From assembly GCA_046290465.1 (NCBI GenBank), contig JBKAGP010000001.1, positions 704,001-768,000 of the forward strand: a DNA stretch of 64,000 nt. The letters run 5' to 3'. This DNA comes from Planctomycetota bacterium (GTDB lineage: Bacteria > Planctomycetota > UBA1135 > UBA2386). Each line of letters starts with the position of its first letter. Positions within the stretch are counted from its first letter, which is position 1. The translations under genes were made by a program, and so were the position numbers. The notes beneath the pieces were generated by a model, which made no database searches, was not told the origin of the DNA, and saw nothing but the letters and a program-made list of their open reading frames with translations. Positions 49,381-61,124 of this stretch are shown here, in pieces.

Positions 49381-50793
49381 TCAGTGGCCTGCTGGCGCGC
49401 ACGGCCCGTCGCTGACCAGCCAGCCCTGCTGGTAGAGCCACTGCACGGCGTCGTGCACGTCGCGCGGGCTCAGCACGAACAGCCGCGGATCCATGCGGGC
49501 CTGCTCGATCACGTCGTCGATCGACGCATGGGTGCGCAACAGCGGCCACAGCGCCGCCGTCGGCACCCGCCCGATGCGGGCCACCTCGGAGCCGCGGCGA
49601 ACGTCCGTGACGCCGTCGACCTCGGCGAAGCCGTCGCCGTGGCGCATCAGCACGTGCCGGGCCTCGACGTCCGCGTGCCACTGCACCGGCTGCGTGTGCT
49701 GCAGCAGCGGCGGGTCCGGTCGCTGGCGGCGCGCGCGCCAGAACGGCTGCGTCGAAAAGCGCAGCTCCCGTTCGTAGAAGCCGGCGCTGGTCCGGTCGTG
49801 CAGCGCGCACAGCTGTCGTTCCCACAGCGCGTGCAGGCGGCGCAGCCGCGGCCACCAGTCCGGACGGCGCAGGGCCGCGAGGATCGCCGCGGTCGCGTGG
49901 TCCGCCGCCGCGACCGCCTTCTCGACTCCCTGGCTGGCCAGCGGGTCGATCGTTCCGGCCGCGTCGCCCAGCACGAGGTCGTCGCCGCCGTCGGCACGGA
50001 CCCGCGGGCTGGCGTCGTTGGCGCGCACGACCTCGACCGCGCCCATGCGCGCAGCGGGGCCGTGGGCGTGGGCGAGCATCGCGTCGACCCGCTCACGCAG
50101 TCCCCCATCGCGCCGCTGGCCGTCAGGCGTCTGGCCATCGCGACTCTGGCCGTCGCCGCTGCGGGCGTCGAGCAGCGCTGCGACGCTGGCCGGTCCCTCT
50201 TGCGGGCAGTGGCTCCACAGCCAACCGTCGGCGACCGCCTCGACGACGGCCGTGCCGCGATCCTGACGGTCCGGCTGGCCGCGCAGCGTCACCGCCAGCG
50301 TGCGGCGCTCGCCGCGCCGGTACGGAGGCAGCCCGGCCAGGCCCTGGCGGCGGCCGGTCGCCACCGCGGTCAGCCGGGGGGCGATCAGGTCGTCGCCGCA
50401 GAGCCAGCCGTCGCGCACCCGCTCGGCGCGGGTTCGTTCGTAGACGTGCGCGCCGGCGGTCGCGGCGGCCCGCCGGAGCGCGCGGTCGAACGTGCCGCGC
50501 TGCAGCAGCAGGCCGGGCGTCGGGTCGTCGCGCCAGGTCAGGTCTTCGCCTCCCCAGATCGCGCCGTGGCGCAGCGGGTCGACGCGAACGCCGTCGTGCA
50601 CCGCGTCGAGCAGGCCCATGCGCCGCCAGACCTCGCCGGTGCCGGCGAGCACCGTCTCGTAGGGGCCGCTGTAGTGCGCGCGGCCGTCGTCGACCAGCGT
50701 CACCGCGACGCCGTGCCTGGCCAGCATCCAGGCGAGGGCGGCGCCGGCGGCGCCGCCCCCCACGACCAGGCAGTCCCGCTGCAGTGCGTGCAC
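49381..50793 (-). CDS. FAD-dependent oxidoreductase (halogenase/QhpG/LodB-like) with C-terminal winged-helix-like domain
   Basis: VVGGGAAG, RGTFDRAL, GWLW, GDAAGTIDPLASQGVEKA; C-terminal LWPLL...IDDVI...AVQWLYQQGWL. Confidence 0.8.
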   Translation of the reverse strand: MHALQRDCLVVGGGAAGAALAWMLARHGVAVTLVDDGRAHYSGPYETVLAGTGEVWRRMGLLDAVHDGVRVDPLRHGAIWGGEDLTWRDDPTPGLLLQRGTFDRALRRAAATAGAHVYERTRAERVRDGWLCGDDLIAPRLTAVATGRRQGLAGLPPYRRGERRTLAVTLRGQPDRQDRGTAVVEAVADGWLWSHCPQEGPASVAALLDARSGDGQSRDGQTPDGQRRDGGLRERVDAMLAHAHGPAARMGAVEVVRANDASPRVRADGGDDLVLGDAAGTIDPLASQGVEKAVAAADHATAAILAALRRPDWWPRLRRLHALWERQLCALHDRTSAGFYERELRFSTQPFWRARRQRPDPPLLQHTQPVQWHADVEARHVLMRHGDGFAEVDGVTDVRRGSEVARIGRVPTAALWPLLRTHASIDDVIEQARMDPRLFVLSPRDVHDAVQWLYQQGWLVSDGPCAPAGH

Positions 50794-50840
50794 GCGGGCA
50801 GGCTACGCCGCGGCCGCCCGGTTGGCCACGCCGAGGCGGC

Positions 50841-52916
50841 CTACCTGGCCGCGCCGACGGCCCGCTGCACCTGTTCGCCGAGCGCGACCTGCAGGCTGGT
50901 GAAGCCGGCGTAGTGCACGGTGCGCGCCGGCACGCTGGCGGCGCGCGCCAGCTCGAGCGCCGGCTCGGTGGTCTCGTGCCGGTTCCAGTGCAGCAGGATC
51001 AGCACGTCGACGCCGCTCTTGATCCGGTCCTGGATGGTCGAGACGGTCTTTTGCGGCGAGGTGTAGTTGGTCATCAGCCACTCGCCCTCGAAGCCCCACT
51101 CCTTGCCGAGCTTGTCGAGACGCGGGTGGTGGCGACGCTGCCGTTCGTTGCCGCCGACGACCAGCACGCGCGGCGCGCGGCCGAGATCCTTCTTCAGCGC
51201 GTTGAAGGCGGCCTTGGCCTGGTCGCCGCTCTGCGGCGCTTCGTCGTCGAGTTCGAGCAGCTTCTCGATCGCCTGCAGGTCGTCGGGCGCCAGCTCCGGG
51301 TAGACGCAGTTGACCTCCTGCAGCAGCGCGTAGGCCTGCTGCAACGCCTCGACGTCCTTGCGCGCCTTCAGCGAACGCGCGACCGCGACCTGCAGCGCGG
51401 CCCGGTCGTACTCGCGTCCCTCGAGTTCGTCGTAGCAGTGCATCAGCTCGACCTTGATCTCGACGTGGTCGAGGGCCTGGCCGACCAGCTCCTCGTTCTG
51501 CAGCAGCTTCTCGAGCTGCTCGAACTTGCCGCGCTGGCTCAGCAGCTCGCGGATCTCGGCGTAGCAGGCGCGCGCCTGGTCCTGTTCGCCGAGCATGTTG
51601 TGCGCGGTCAGCACCACGCCGAGCGCCTCGATGCGCTGGTCGAGGTCGACGGCGACCTCGAGCACGCGGCGGGCGGCGCGCAGCGCCGGGGTCGCCTCGC
51701 CGAGCGCCTGGTATTCGAGCGCGACGAACAGCAGCTGGTCCGGCGTCGAGCCGCGGCCGATGTCGACGGCGTCGAGGAAGCGCAGCGACAGCTGGCGGTC
51801 CAGCTTCTTCAGCGCCTCGTGCACCGAGTAGAAGCTCTCGAGGTCGGGCTTGACGGTCTCCAGCGACTGCTCCATCAACTTCAGCGCCCGCGTCTGTTCG
51901 GTCGGGTCGCCCGCCGTCAGCAGCGCGGCGGCCTGGAAGAAGCGCGCGCGGTCGCGCAGCTCGACGTCGCGGCCTTCGAGTCGGCGCAGGCACTGGATGG
52001 ACCGGTCGAAGCCACGCGCGGCGACGTGCAGGTCGCCGGTCTCGTAGGCCAGCAGGCTGCGCAGGTAGACGGCTTCGGGAGCGGCGTGCTCCGGCTGCTC
52101 GCTGACGTGGCGCAGCCGCTCGAGCGCCGCGTCGCGCTCGACGCGTTCGGCGCGCGGGTCGACGCTGACGGTGTCGTGCTGGCGCAGTTCGCCGAGTGCG
52201 GCGACCAGCGCTGCCGAGCTCTCCAGCATCGCATGGCCGGTGGCGAGCTGCTGCGCCTTTTCGGCGGTGGTGATCGCCATCTCCCATTCGCTCGCCTCGA
52301 GCAGGCGTTCGGCCAGCGCACGGTGGTAGCGCGCCTGCACGTCGACCGGCAGCCGTTCGAACCCGGACATGCCGAGGATCTTGCCGAGGATCGACGCCGT
52401 GCTCTCCTGGTCGTCGGTGTCGATGCGGGTCTCGAGCCGCGTCAGCAGGTCGGTGACCGCGGCATCGACGATGGTCTCGAGCTCGCTCGAGTCGGGCTCG
52501 GCGGCGAGGTACTGGATCGCGCGCACGGCCAGCTTGATGTCCCCCGACCAGAACAGCGAGCGCACCACCAGCGGCAGCGCGTTGCCGGCGACCATCGGGT
52601 CGCCGAGCAGGTCGAGCAGCAGCTGCGGGTCCTCGAGCGTCGCGGCGATCTTCTCGCGATCGCCCTTGCGGTCGTAGGCGCGCACGGTGCCGAACAGCCG
52701 CCAGCGGCGACTGCGCACCTCCTCCGAACTGCTCGGCAGCTCGATGCCGAGCAGCGCGCCCGCATACCCGAACAGGAAGCTCTGGCCGGGACGACCGCCG
52801 GCGATCTCACCGTAGTCGAGCAGCTGGCGGCGGACCGCGTCGGTCTTGCTCTGGTCCTTCTCGGCGAGATGGATCTGCTGCATCAGCAGCCGATCGAGTG
52901 CTGTCTCCCAACCCAT
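50841..52916 (-). CDS. TPR-like helical protein with C-terminal DUF2325-like domain
   Basis: Helical repeats; C-terminal RVLVVGG...DVLILLHWNRH...ARAASVP. Confidence 0.65.
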   Translation of the reverse strand: MGWETALDRLLMQQIHLAEKDQSKTDAVRRQLLDYGEIAGGRPGQSFLFGYAGALLGIELPSSSEEVRSRRWRLFGTVRAYDRKGDREKIAATLEDPQLLLDLLGDPMVAGNALPLVVRSLFWSGDIKLAVRAIQYLAAEPDSSELETIVDAAVTDLLTRLETRIDTDDQESTASILGKILGMSGFERLPVDVQARYHRALAERLLEASEWEMAITTAEKAQQLATGHAMLESSAALVAALGELRQHDTVSVDPRAERVERDAALERLRHVSEQPEHAAPEAVYLRSLLAYETGDLHVAARGFDRSIQCLRRLEGRDVELRDRARFFQAAALLTAGDPTEQTRALKLMEQSLETVKPDLESFYSVHEALKKLDRQLSLRFLDAVDIGRGSTPDQLLFVALEYQALGEATPALRAARRVLEVAVDLDQRIEALGVVLTAHNMLGEQDQARACYAEIRELLSQRGKFEQLEKLLQNEELVGQALDHVEIKVELMHCYDELEGREYDRAALQVAVARSLKARKDVEALQQAYALLQEVNCVYPELAPDDLQAIEKLLELDDEAPQSGDQAKAAFNALKKDLGRAPRVLVVGGNERQRRHHPRLDKLGKEWGFEGEWLMTNYTSPQKTVSTIQDRIKSGVDVLILLHWNRHETTEPALELARAASVPARTVHYAGFTSLQVALGEQVQRAVGAAR

Positions 52917-52983
52917 GGAGACGCCTATCGGGCGCTTTGGCGGCGGCGCTGGTCGCGGGCCGCCAACGCGCGATGCGACCGCG

Positions 52984-54639
52984 CTATTCGATCAGCGAAC
53001 GGGCATCGATCGGCAGCACCACCACCATGCCGGCGGGCCGCCGGTGCATCGAGGTCGGCGCATCCGGCTCCGACGGCGCCAGCCCGGCGAGCAGCAGGTC
53101 GCCGACCTCGAGCCGCTCGCGGGCCGCGGCGTCGGCCAACAGCCAGTGGCTGCCGCCGTCGTCGTCGCGCGCCCCGAAGCCGTCGGCACCGATCTCCTCG
53201 ATCTGCAGCAGGCCCGGCGCCTGTTCCGGCGCGCGGTCGTTCGACAGCGCGACGCCGGCATCCTGCAGGCGGTCGAGCTGTTCGAGCAACGCGCCCTTGC
53301 AGGTCTCCAGCACCTCGCGCTGGTCGAGCTCCTGGGTCACCGCGACCCAGTCGTAGAAGCGCTTCAGCTCGGCGAACGCCGCGCGCACCTGCGTGGCCCG
53401 TTCGGTCGGCGCCGAGCGCAGGTAGACGTGCAGCAGCAGCCGCATCAGATCCGGCGCGCGGATCGACTCGAGGTCGGTGTTCGGCACCGGTGCGTTGCGC
53501 TGCAGCTCGACCCACAGCAGCAGCGGCGAGTGGTCGGCGTCCTGTTGCTCGGTCTCCCAGTGGAACTCGGTGACCAGCGGCGCGAGGTCGCCGCTGTCGC
53601 CGTCGCCGGCGCCGAGCTGTTCGACGATCGCGGTCGCGCGCTCGTCATCGTCGTCGTCGTCCTCTTCGGGTTGGATGCCGGCGAGCTTCTCCATCTGCGA
53701 GAACAGCTGCTCGACGTCCTGTTGCTTGCCGAGGCCCTCGTCGAGCGTGCGCACCAGCTGCTCGCCGAGCGTCTCGCCGGGCGGGCCGGACGTGCCGGTC
53801 GACGGCGCCTCGGCGCGGTCCGCCGGGCCGGCGTGGTGCGCGTTCCAGATCTCGAGCAGCAGCCGCCGCGCCTTGTCGAGGTCGACGTCGGTGTCGAACG
53901 CGAGCTGGTCGAGCAGCGGACCGATGAACGCGCCGGGTCGCGGCGCGACCGCCAGCTGCTGGCTCAGGACCTCGGCGCTGTGCCGGTCACCGACCGACTG
54001 GAGCAGCTGCTCGAGGTCGGCTTCGAGGTGCTCCAGCGGCGCGACCGGTTGTGGCGGCGGGCCTGGCACGACCGGCACCTCGGCATGGCCGTGCTGCCGC
54101 AGCAGCAGGTGTTCGAGTTCGATCTGCTGCAGCCGACGATCGAGTTCCAGCTCCTTGAGGTCGTGCACGAACGCCTCGGCGAGCTCCCGGCCCGGCCGCA
54201 GCGCCGGCGTCGCCGCCGACGCCGACCAGCGCTCCTGCGTCGCCGGGTAGAGCCGGCCGACCAGCAGGTCCCCGGGCTGCAGCGACCGGGCGTCGGCCAG
54301 CTCGAGCATCTCGTCGTTGTGCATGTCGCGCGCGGTCACGCTGTCGCCGACCGACTCGACCAGGAACAGCCCGGCGATCGAGTCCTCGAGTTCGTCGGCC
54401 TGCGCCGAATACGGCGGCACCGTGATCGGCACCGCGCCCAGCGACTCGCTCTCGCGCTCGAACAGGAACCACTCCGCAAAGCGGTGCTCGGCGGCGTCGT
54501 CGCCGACCCGATCCTGCTGCTCCCCGAAGAACTGCCGGCGCGCGCGCTGCAGCTCGGCGTGCAGGCGTTGGTTGTCGGAGAGCTGCTTCGCCAGCTGGGC
54601 GACGAGCTCGGTGTGTCGGGCAACTTCGTCTCGGGTCAT
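52984..54639 (-). CDS. Hypothetical protein with duplicated beta module and integrase-SAM-like helical segment
   Basis: Long ORF with coding-like bias; GLF.VE...GDLLVGRL repeated as GLLQIEE...GDLLLAGL. Confidence 0.7.
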   Translation of the reverse strand: MTRDEVARHTELVAQLAKQLSDNQRLHAELQRARRQFFGEQQDRVGDDAAEHRFAEWFLFERESESLGAVPITVPPYSAQADELEDSIAGLFLVESVGDSVTARDMHNDEMLELADARSLQPGDLLVGRLYPATQERWSASAATPALRPGRELAEAFVHDLKELELDRRLQQIELEHLLLRQHGHAEVPVVPGPPPQPVAPLEHLEADLEQLLQSVGDRHSAEVLSQQLAVAPRPGAFIGPLLDQLAFDTDVDLDKARRLLLEIWNAHHAGPADRAEAPSTGTSGPPGETLGEQLVRTLDEGLGKQQDVEQLFSQMEKLAGIQPEEDDDDDDERATAIVEQLGAGDGDSGDLAPLVTEFHWETEQQDADHSPLLLWVELQRNAPVPNTDLESIRAPDLMRLLLHVYLRSAPTERATQVRAAFAELKRFYDWVAVTQELDQREVLETCKGALLEQLDRLQDAGVALSNDRAPEQAPGLLQIEEIGADGFGARDDDGGSHWLLADAAARERLEVGDLLLAGLAPSEPDAPTSMHRRPAGMVVVLPIDARSLIE

Positions 54640-54767
54640 CTTTGCGGAAATCGTTCGGCGCGATCACGCAGGGTCGCCCACGTCGGGCCGAATTGCAAAG
54701 CCAAGCCACCGGTCCGGCTTACGGAACGCGACAAACCGTCCTCCCCCAGGCACAATGGACCCCCGAC

Positions 54768-55526
54768 GTGATCTGCTTCCAGGAACCTGCTGAGCCCTCC
54801 TTCTTCGAGACCCTCGGCGAGACGCTCCAGGCGCTCGGCTGGATCGACAAGACCGCGCTCGGCGTGCTGCTCGTGTTCTTCGTGCTCGGCCTGTTCAAGG
54901 GCCTGATCTGGCAGGTCAGCCGGATCGGCATCCTGGTCGCGGCCTACATCGTCGCTGGCCGCTTCGGCCGCGACGTGGCCGGATTGATGAGCAGCACCCC
55001 GCCCGAACGGATGGCCGCGGACGCGATGGCCACCCAGGAGGTCGCGCCCGGCGAGACCACGCTCTACCTGGCCTACTGCCTGTTGTTCATCGCGGTGCTG
55101 GTCGTGCTCAGCCTGCTGGCGATGTTGATCAAGAAGCTCGCCGACAAGGCCGGCCTCGGCTTCTTCGACCGCCTCGGCGGCGGCGTGCTCGGCGTCGCGA
55201 CCGGTGCTTGCGTGGTGCTGTTCGGCGTGTTCGTGGTGCACATGTTCTTCCCCGACAGCCAGCTGGCGGAGGCCGCCGAGGACTCGCACTCACTGCGGTT
55301 CTCGCAGCAGGCGATCGACTTCCTCGGCGCGGCGGTCAACGACGACCTGCGCTCGGTGCTGGCGCTGCAGCCGCTCGAAGGGCCACTGCTGATCGACGGT
55401 GTGGCCCCGGTCGACCCGGATCTGCTGCCGCGCATGCCGGAGCCGCTGCCGTTGCCGCCCGACATCCAGGGCGGCGATCCCGGCCCCGCGGGCGGCGACG
55501 ACGGCGTGCGCCGCGGCAACCGCTGA
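54768..55526 (+). CDS. cvpA: CvpA (colicin V production) family membrane protein
   Basis: WID...LGLFKGLI, AGLGFFDRLGGGVLG motifs; start uncertain. Confidence 0.8.
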   Translation: MICFQEPAEPSFFETLGETLQALGWIDKTALGVLLVFFVLGLFKGLIWQVSRIGILVAAYIVAGRFGRDVAGLMSSTPPERMAADAMATQEVAPGETTLYLAYCLLFIAVLVVLSLLAMLIKKLADKAGLGFFDRLGGGVLGVATGACVVLFGVFVVHMFFPDSQLAEAAEDSHSLRFSQQAIDFLGAAVNDDLRSVLALQPLEGPLLIDGVAPVDPDLLPRMPEPLPLPPDIQGGDPGPAGGDDGVRRGNR

Positions 55527-55530
55527 TTGC

Positions 55531-55559
55531 TTGCACGGGCCACGGCGTTGGCCCATCCT
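55531..55559 (+). promoter_or_regulatory. Putative sigma70 promoter for the TPP riboswitch-thiC leader
   Basis: TTGCAC-N17-CATCCT about 30 nt before the aptamer. Confidence 0.45.
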
Positions 55560-55590
55560 GGTCCGCCCGTCGGCTGCTGCCGGCGGACCA

Positions 55591-57255
<1,665 letters not shown>

Positions 57256-57261
57256 CGGCCG

Positions 57262-58431
<1,170 letters not shown>

Positions 58432-58468
58432 GGCGTGACCCTCCGGGCCCGCCGCGCACGCGCTTCGA

Positions 58469-59167
58469 TCACTGCGTGGCTTCCGCGAACCGGTAGCCGA
58501 CGCCGCGCACCGTCTCGATGATCGAGCTGTGCTCGCCGAGCTTCTGTCGCAGCGCGCGCACGTGCACGTCGATGTTGCGGTCGGTCACGATCGCATCCTC
58601 GCCGATGACGCGGCTCAGCAGGTGCGCGCGCGGGAACACGCGGCCCGGGTGCGATGCCAGGAAGTGCAGCAACCGCATCTCGGTCGGCGTGAGGTTGATC
58701 GGCTGCTCGTCGACGCGCGCCTCGTAGCGACCCAGATCGATCGCCAGCGCACCGCGCACCACCCGTTCGCCGCCGCCGCTGTCCTCGCGCAGCGGGCCGC
58801 GCCGCAGCACGACCTTGACGCGCGCCACCAGTTCGCGCGGGCTGAACGGCTTGGCGATGTAGTCGTCGGCGCCGATGCCGAGGCCGAGCACGATGTCGCT
58901 CTCCTCGCTCTTCGCGGTGACCATGATGATCGGGATCGAGCGCGTCACCGGGTCCGATTTGACCTGTCGGCAGACCTCGACCCCGTCCATGCCCGGCAGC
59001 ATCAGGTCGAGGATGACCAGGTCCGGGTTGTCGGTGCGGATGCGGCTCAGACCCTGCTCGCCGTTGCGGCATGCAATGACCTTGTGACCCTCACGCTCGA
59101 GGTTGTAGTGGATGACCTCGAGGATGTCGGGCTCGTCTTCAATGACCAGAACTTTGGGCTTCGCCAC
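58469..59167 (-). CDS. phoB: PhoB/OmpR-family response regulator
   Basis: IEDE, LDLMLPG, IIMVTAK, GADDYIAKPFS, RNIDVHVRALR, IETVRGVGYRF. Confidence 0.82.
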   Translation of the reverse strand: MAKPKVLVIEDEPDILEVIHYNLEREGHKVIACRNGEQGLSRIRTDNPDLVILDLMLPGMDGVEVCRQVKSDPVTRSIPIIMVTAKSEESDIVLGLGIGADDYIAKPFSPRELVARVKVVLRRGPLREDSGGGERVVRGALAIDLGRYEARVDEQPINLTPTEMRLLHFLASHPGRVFPRAHLLSRVIGEDAIVTDRNIDVHVRALRQKLGEHSSIIETVRGVGYRFAEATQ

Positions 59168-59215
59168 GGCGAATGATCGTCTCGCTCGGTTTGAGGGGAA
59201 TAAGGAACCGAGAGG

Positions 59216-59247
59216 ACCCTAGGTAGGGCCTGCGAAGGCATTGTAAA
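59216..59247 (-). promoter_or_regulatory. Putative Pho-box-like direct repeat plus -10 element
   Basis: Minus strand TTTACA-N5-TTCGCA (11-bp period), then 9 nt to TAGGGT. Confidence 0.4.
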
Positions 59248-59254
59248 GGCTACC

Positions 59255-59890
59255 TCAAGCTTCGACGCCCTGCACCAGCGGCTCCGCCGCGAACGAGATC
59301 CCGATGCCGTTGTCCTCGGGCAGGATACGCACGTCGCACGGGCAGGCCTGCAGCACCGGTTCGAGCCCCTTCTGGACCTCCGGAATCGCCAGTGGGAACG
59401 GCAGGCTGCCCTGCTCCAGTTCGAAGCCGAGGCGGACCACGAAGCGGCCGTCGTCCTCGACCGCGGCGCGCAGCACGGCCGTTCCCGACGAGCCGACCGG
59501 CACCGACCAGACCCACTGCCGGACCGCCTCGGCACACACCACGACGAACGCCTCGGCCGGCACCCAGAACTCCGCCGTCGGGTCGCCCTGCAGCTCCAGG
59601 CCGAGCCCGCGCTCGCGGCTCGGCACCCGGCCGAGTTCGGCCAGCTGGGCCAACAGGTCGAACGCCAGTCCGGGGGCGCCGGTCCGCTCGCCGAGCAGCG
59701 CGCGCACGACCTGCAGGCTGGCGCTGCCGCGCTGCACCGCGCCGAGCACGGCTTCCTGCATGCGCGGGATGTCGGCCGCTTCGAGGTGCAGCACGTGGCC
59801 CTGCACCGTCAGCAGCAGGTTGCCGAACTGGTGCACGAGGCCGGGCAGGAAGAACGAAGCCGATTCGGAAGGCAACAAAGCGAAGCACAC
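59255..59890 (-). CDS. Degenerate histidine-kinase-like protein (ChpT-like phosphotransferase candidate); start uncertain
   Basis: H-box-like GLVHQFGNLLLTVQG; no recognisable N/G1/G2 boxes. Confidence 0.55.
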   Translation of the reverse strand: MCFALLPSESASFFLPGLVHQFGNLLLTVQGHVLHLEAADIPRMQEAVLGAVQRGSASLQVVRALLGERTGAPGLAFDLLAQLAELGRVPSRERGLGLELQGDPTAEFWVPAEAFVVVCAEAVRQWVWSVPVGSSGTAVLRAAVEDDGRFVVRLGFELEQGSLPFPLAIPEVQKGLEPVLQACPCDVRILPEDNGIGISFAAEPLVQGVEA

Positions 59891-59930
59891 GGATCCGGGT
59901 GACCGGATCCCGAAGGTCCCTTGGGCGCGC

Positions 59931-61064
59931 TCAGTTGGCCGCCGGAGCATCGCCCCGCTGTCCGACCTCCCCGAGCACGGCGACGACCGGAGCACACGCC
60001 CCATCGTCCCGCAACAGTTGTAGTGCGATGGGCGTGCCCGGGTTACTGCAAACAATCCGTTCGTGCAGGTCCTTCGGGTCGACGATCGGGGCGTCGTCGA
60101 CGCCGACCACGATGTCGCCCTTGCGCAAGCCGGCCTGCGCCGCCGGGTCGCCTTCCTTGACTTCGACGATCACCGCGCCCGGCAGCGGCCGGCCGTGCTC
60201 GTCGAGCCCGCGACGCGGCGCGAAGGCGATGCCGAGGTAGCCGCGCCGGACCACGCCTTCGGGATCGTCGCGCATCTTGTCGAGCGCCCACTTCACGGCG
60301 CGCACCGGCACCGCGAACGAGATGCCCTGGGCGGCGCTGGCGTGCTGGGTGGCGACGCCGACGACGTGGCCGTGCACGTCGAACACCGGGCATCCGGAGC
60401 TGCCCGGATTGATCGCGGCGCTGATCTGCAGGAAGTCCCGGCTGACGCCGAGGTCGTCGTGCTCGAGGTGGCGGCCGACGAAGCTGACCAGGCCCGCGGT
60501 GACCGTGCGAGCCAGTCCAAACGGGTTGCCGACCGCGACGATCCAGTCCCCCGCATGCAGGTCGTCGCTGTCGCCGAACTCGAGCACCGGCAGGCCCGGC
60601 GGTGGCGACACCAGCCGCAGCAGCGCGAGGTCGGTCGCCGGGTCCTGGCCGATCAGGTCGGCGAACTGGCCGCCGATGCCGGGCAGGTAGACCTCGATGT
60701 CCTCGGCGCCGGCGACGACGTGCAGGCTGGTCAGCACCAGGCCCCGTTCGTGGATCACGAAGCCCGAGCCGCTGCGCCGGTCCCGGCGCGGCTCGACGGT
60801 CCGCACCGCCGCATCCTCCGGCGATGCCGCCGGCGTCGCCGCCAGCGGCAGCAGCGCGCGCACGCTGACGACCGCGCCGCCGACCCGGTCGACGACGCCG
60901 CGGAACGACGGCAGGCGGGCCTCGACCTGCACCGTCGGGCCGGCGTCTCGCCAGAGCTGCTCGCGCGGCTGCGGCGCGGTCCAGGATGAGCCGAACAGGA
61001 CCCCGGCGCCGACACATGCGGCACCTCCCAGCAGCAGCGCTGCCGTCGTCCTCCAGGAACTCAT
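59931..61064 (-). CDS. HtrA/DegP-family serine protease with one PDZ domain
   Basis: GSGFVI, TSLHVV, DLALL, AVGNPFGL, AAINPGSSGCP, RGYLGI PDZ. Confidence 0.9.
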   Translation of the reverse strand: MSSWRTTAALLLGGAACVGAGVLFGSSWTAPQPREQLWRDAGPTVQVEARLPSFRGVVDRVGGAVVSVRALLPLAATPAASPEDAAVRTVEPRRDRRSGSGFVIHERGLVLTSLHVVAGAEDIEVYLPGIGGQFADLIGQDPATDLALLRLVSPPPGLPVLEFGDSDDLHAGDWIVAVGNPFGLARTVTAGLVSFVGRHLEHDDLGVSRDFLQISAAINPGSSGCPVFDVHGHVVGVATQHASAAQGISFAVPVRAVKWALDKMRDDPEGVVRRGYLGIAFAPRRGLDEHGRPLPGAVIVEVKEGDPAAQAGLRKGDIVVGVDDAPIVDPKDLHERIVCSNPGTPIALQLLRDDGACAPVVAVLGEVGQRGDAPAAN

Positions 61065-61124
61065 GCGCAGAGTCTAGCCAAGCCGCGAGGTTCCACCAAG
61101 GCACCCCCCGGCTACCATGCCGCC

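Noticed and set aside
49266..49415. 49-aa plus-strand ORF as a precursor peptide for the flavoenzyme
   Set aside because: It starts inside the dif site, overlaps the flavoenzyme 3' end antisense, and has no leader/core pattern.
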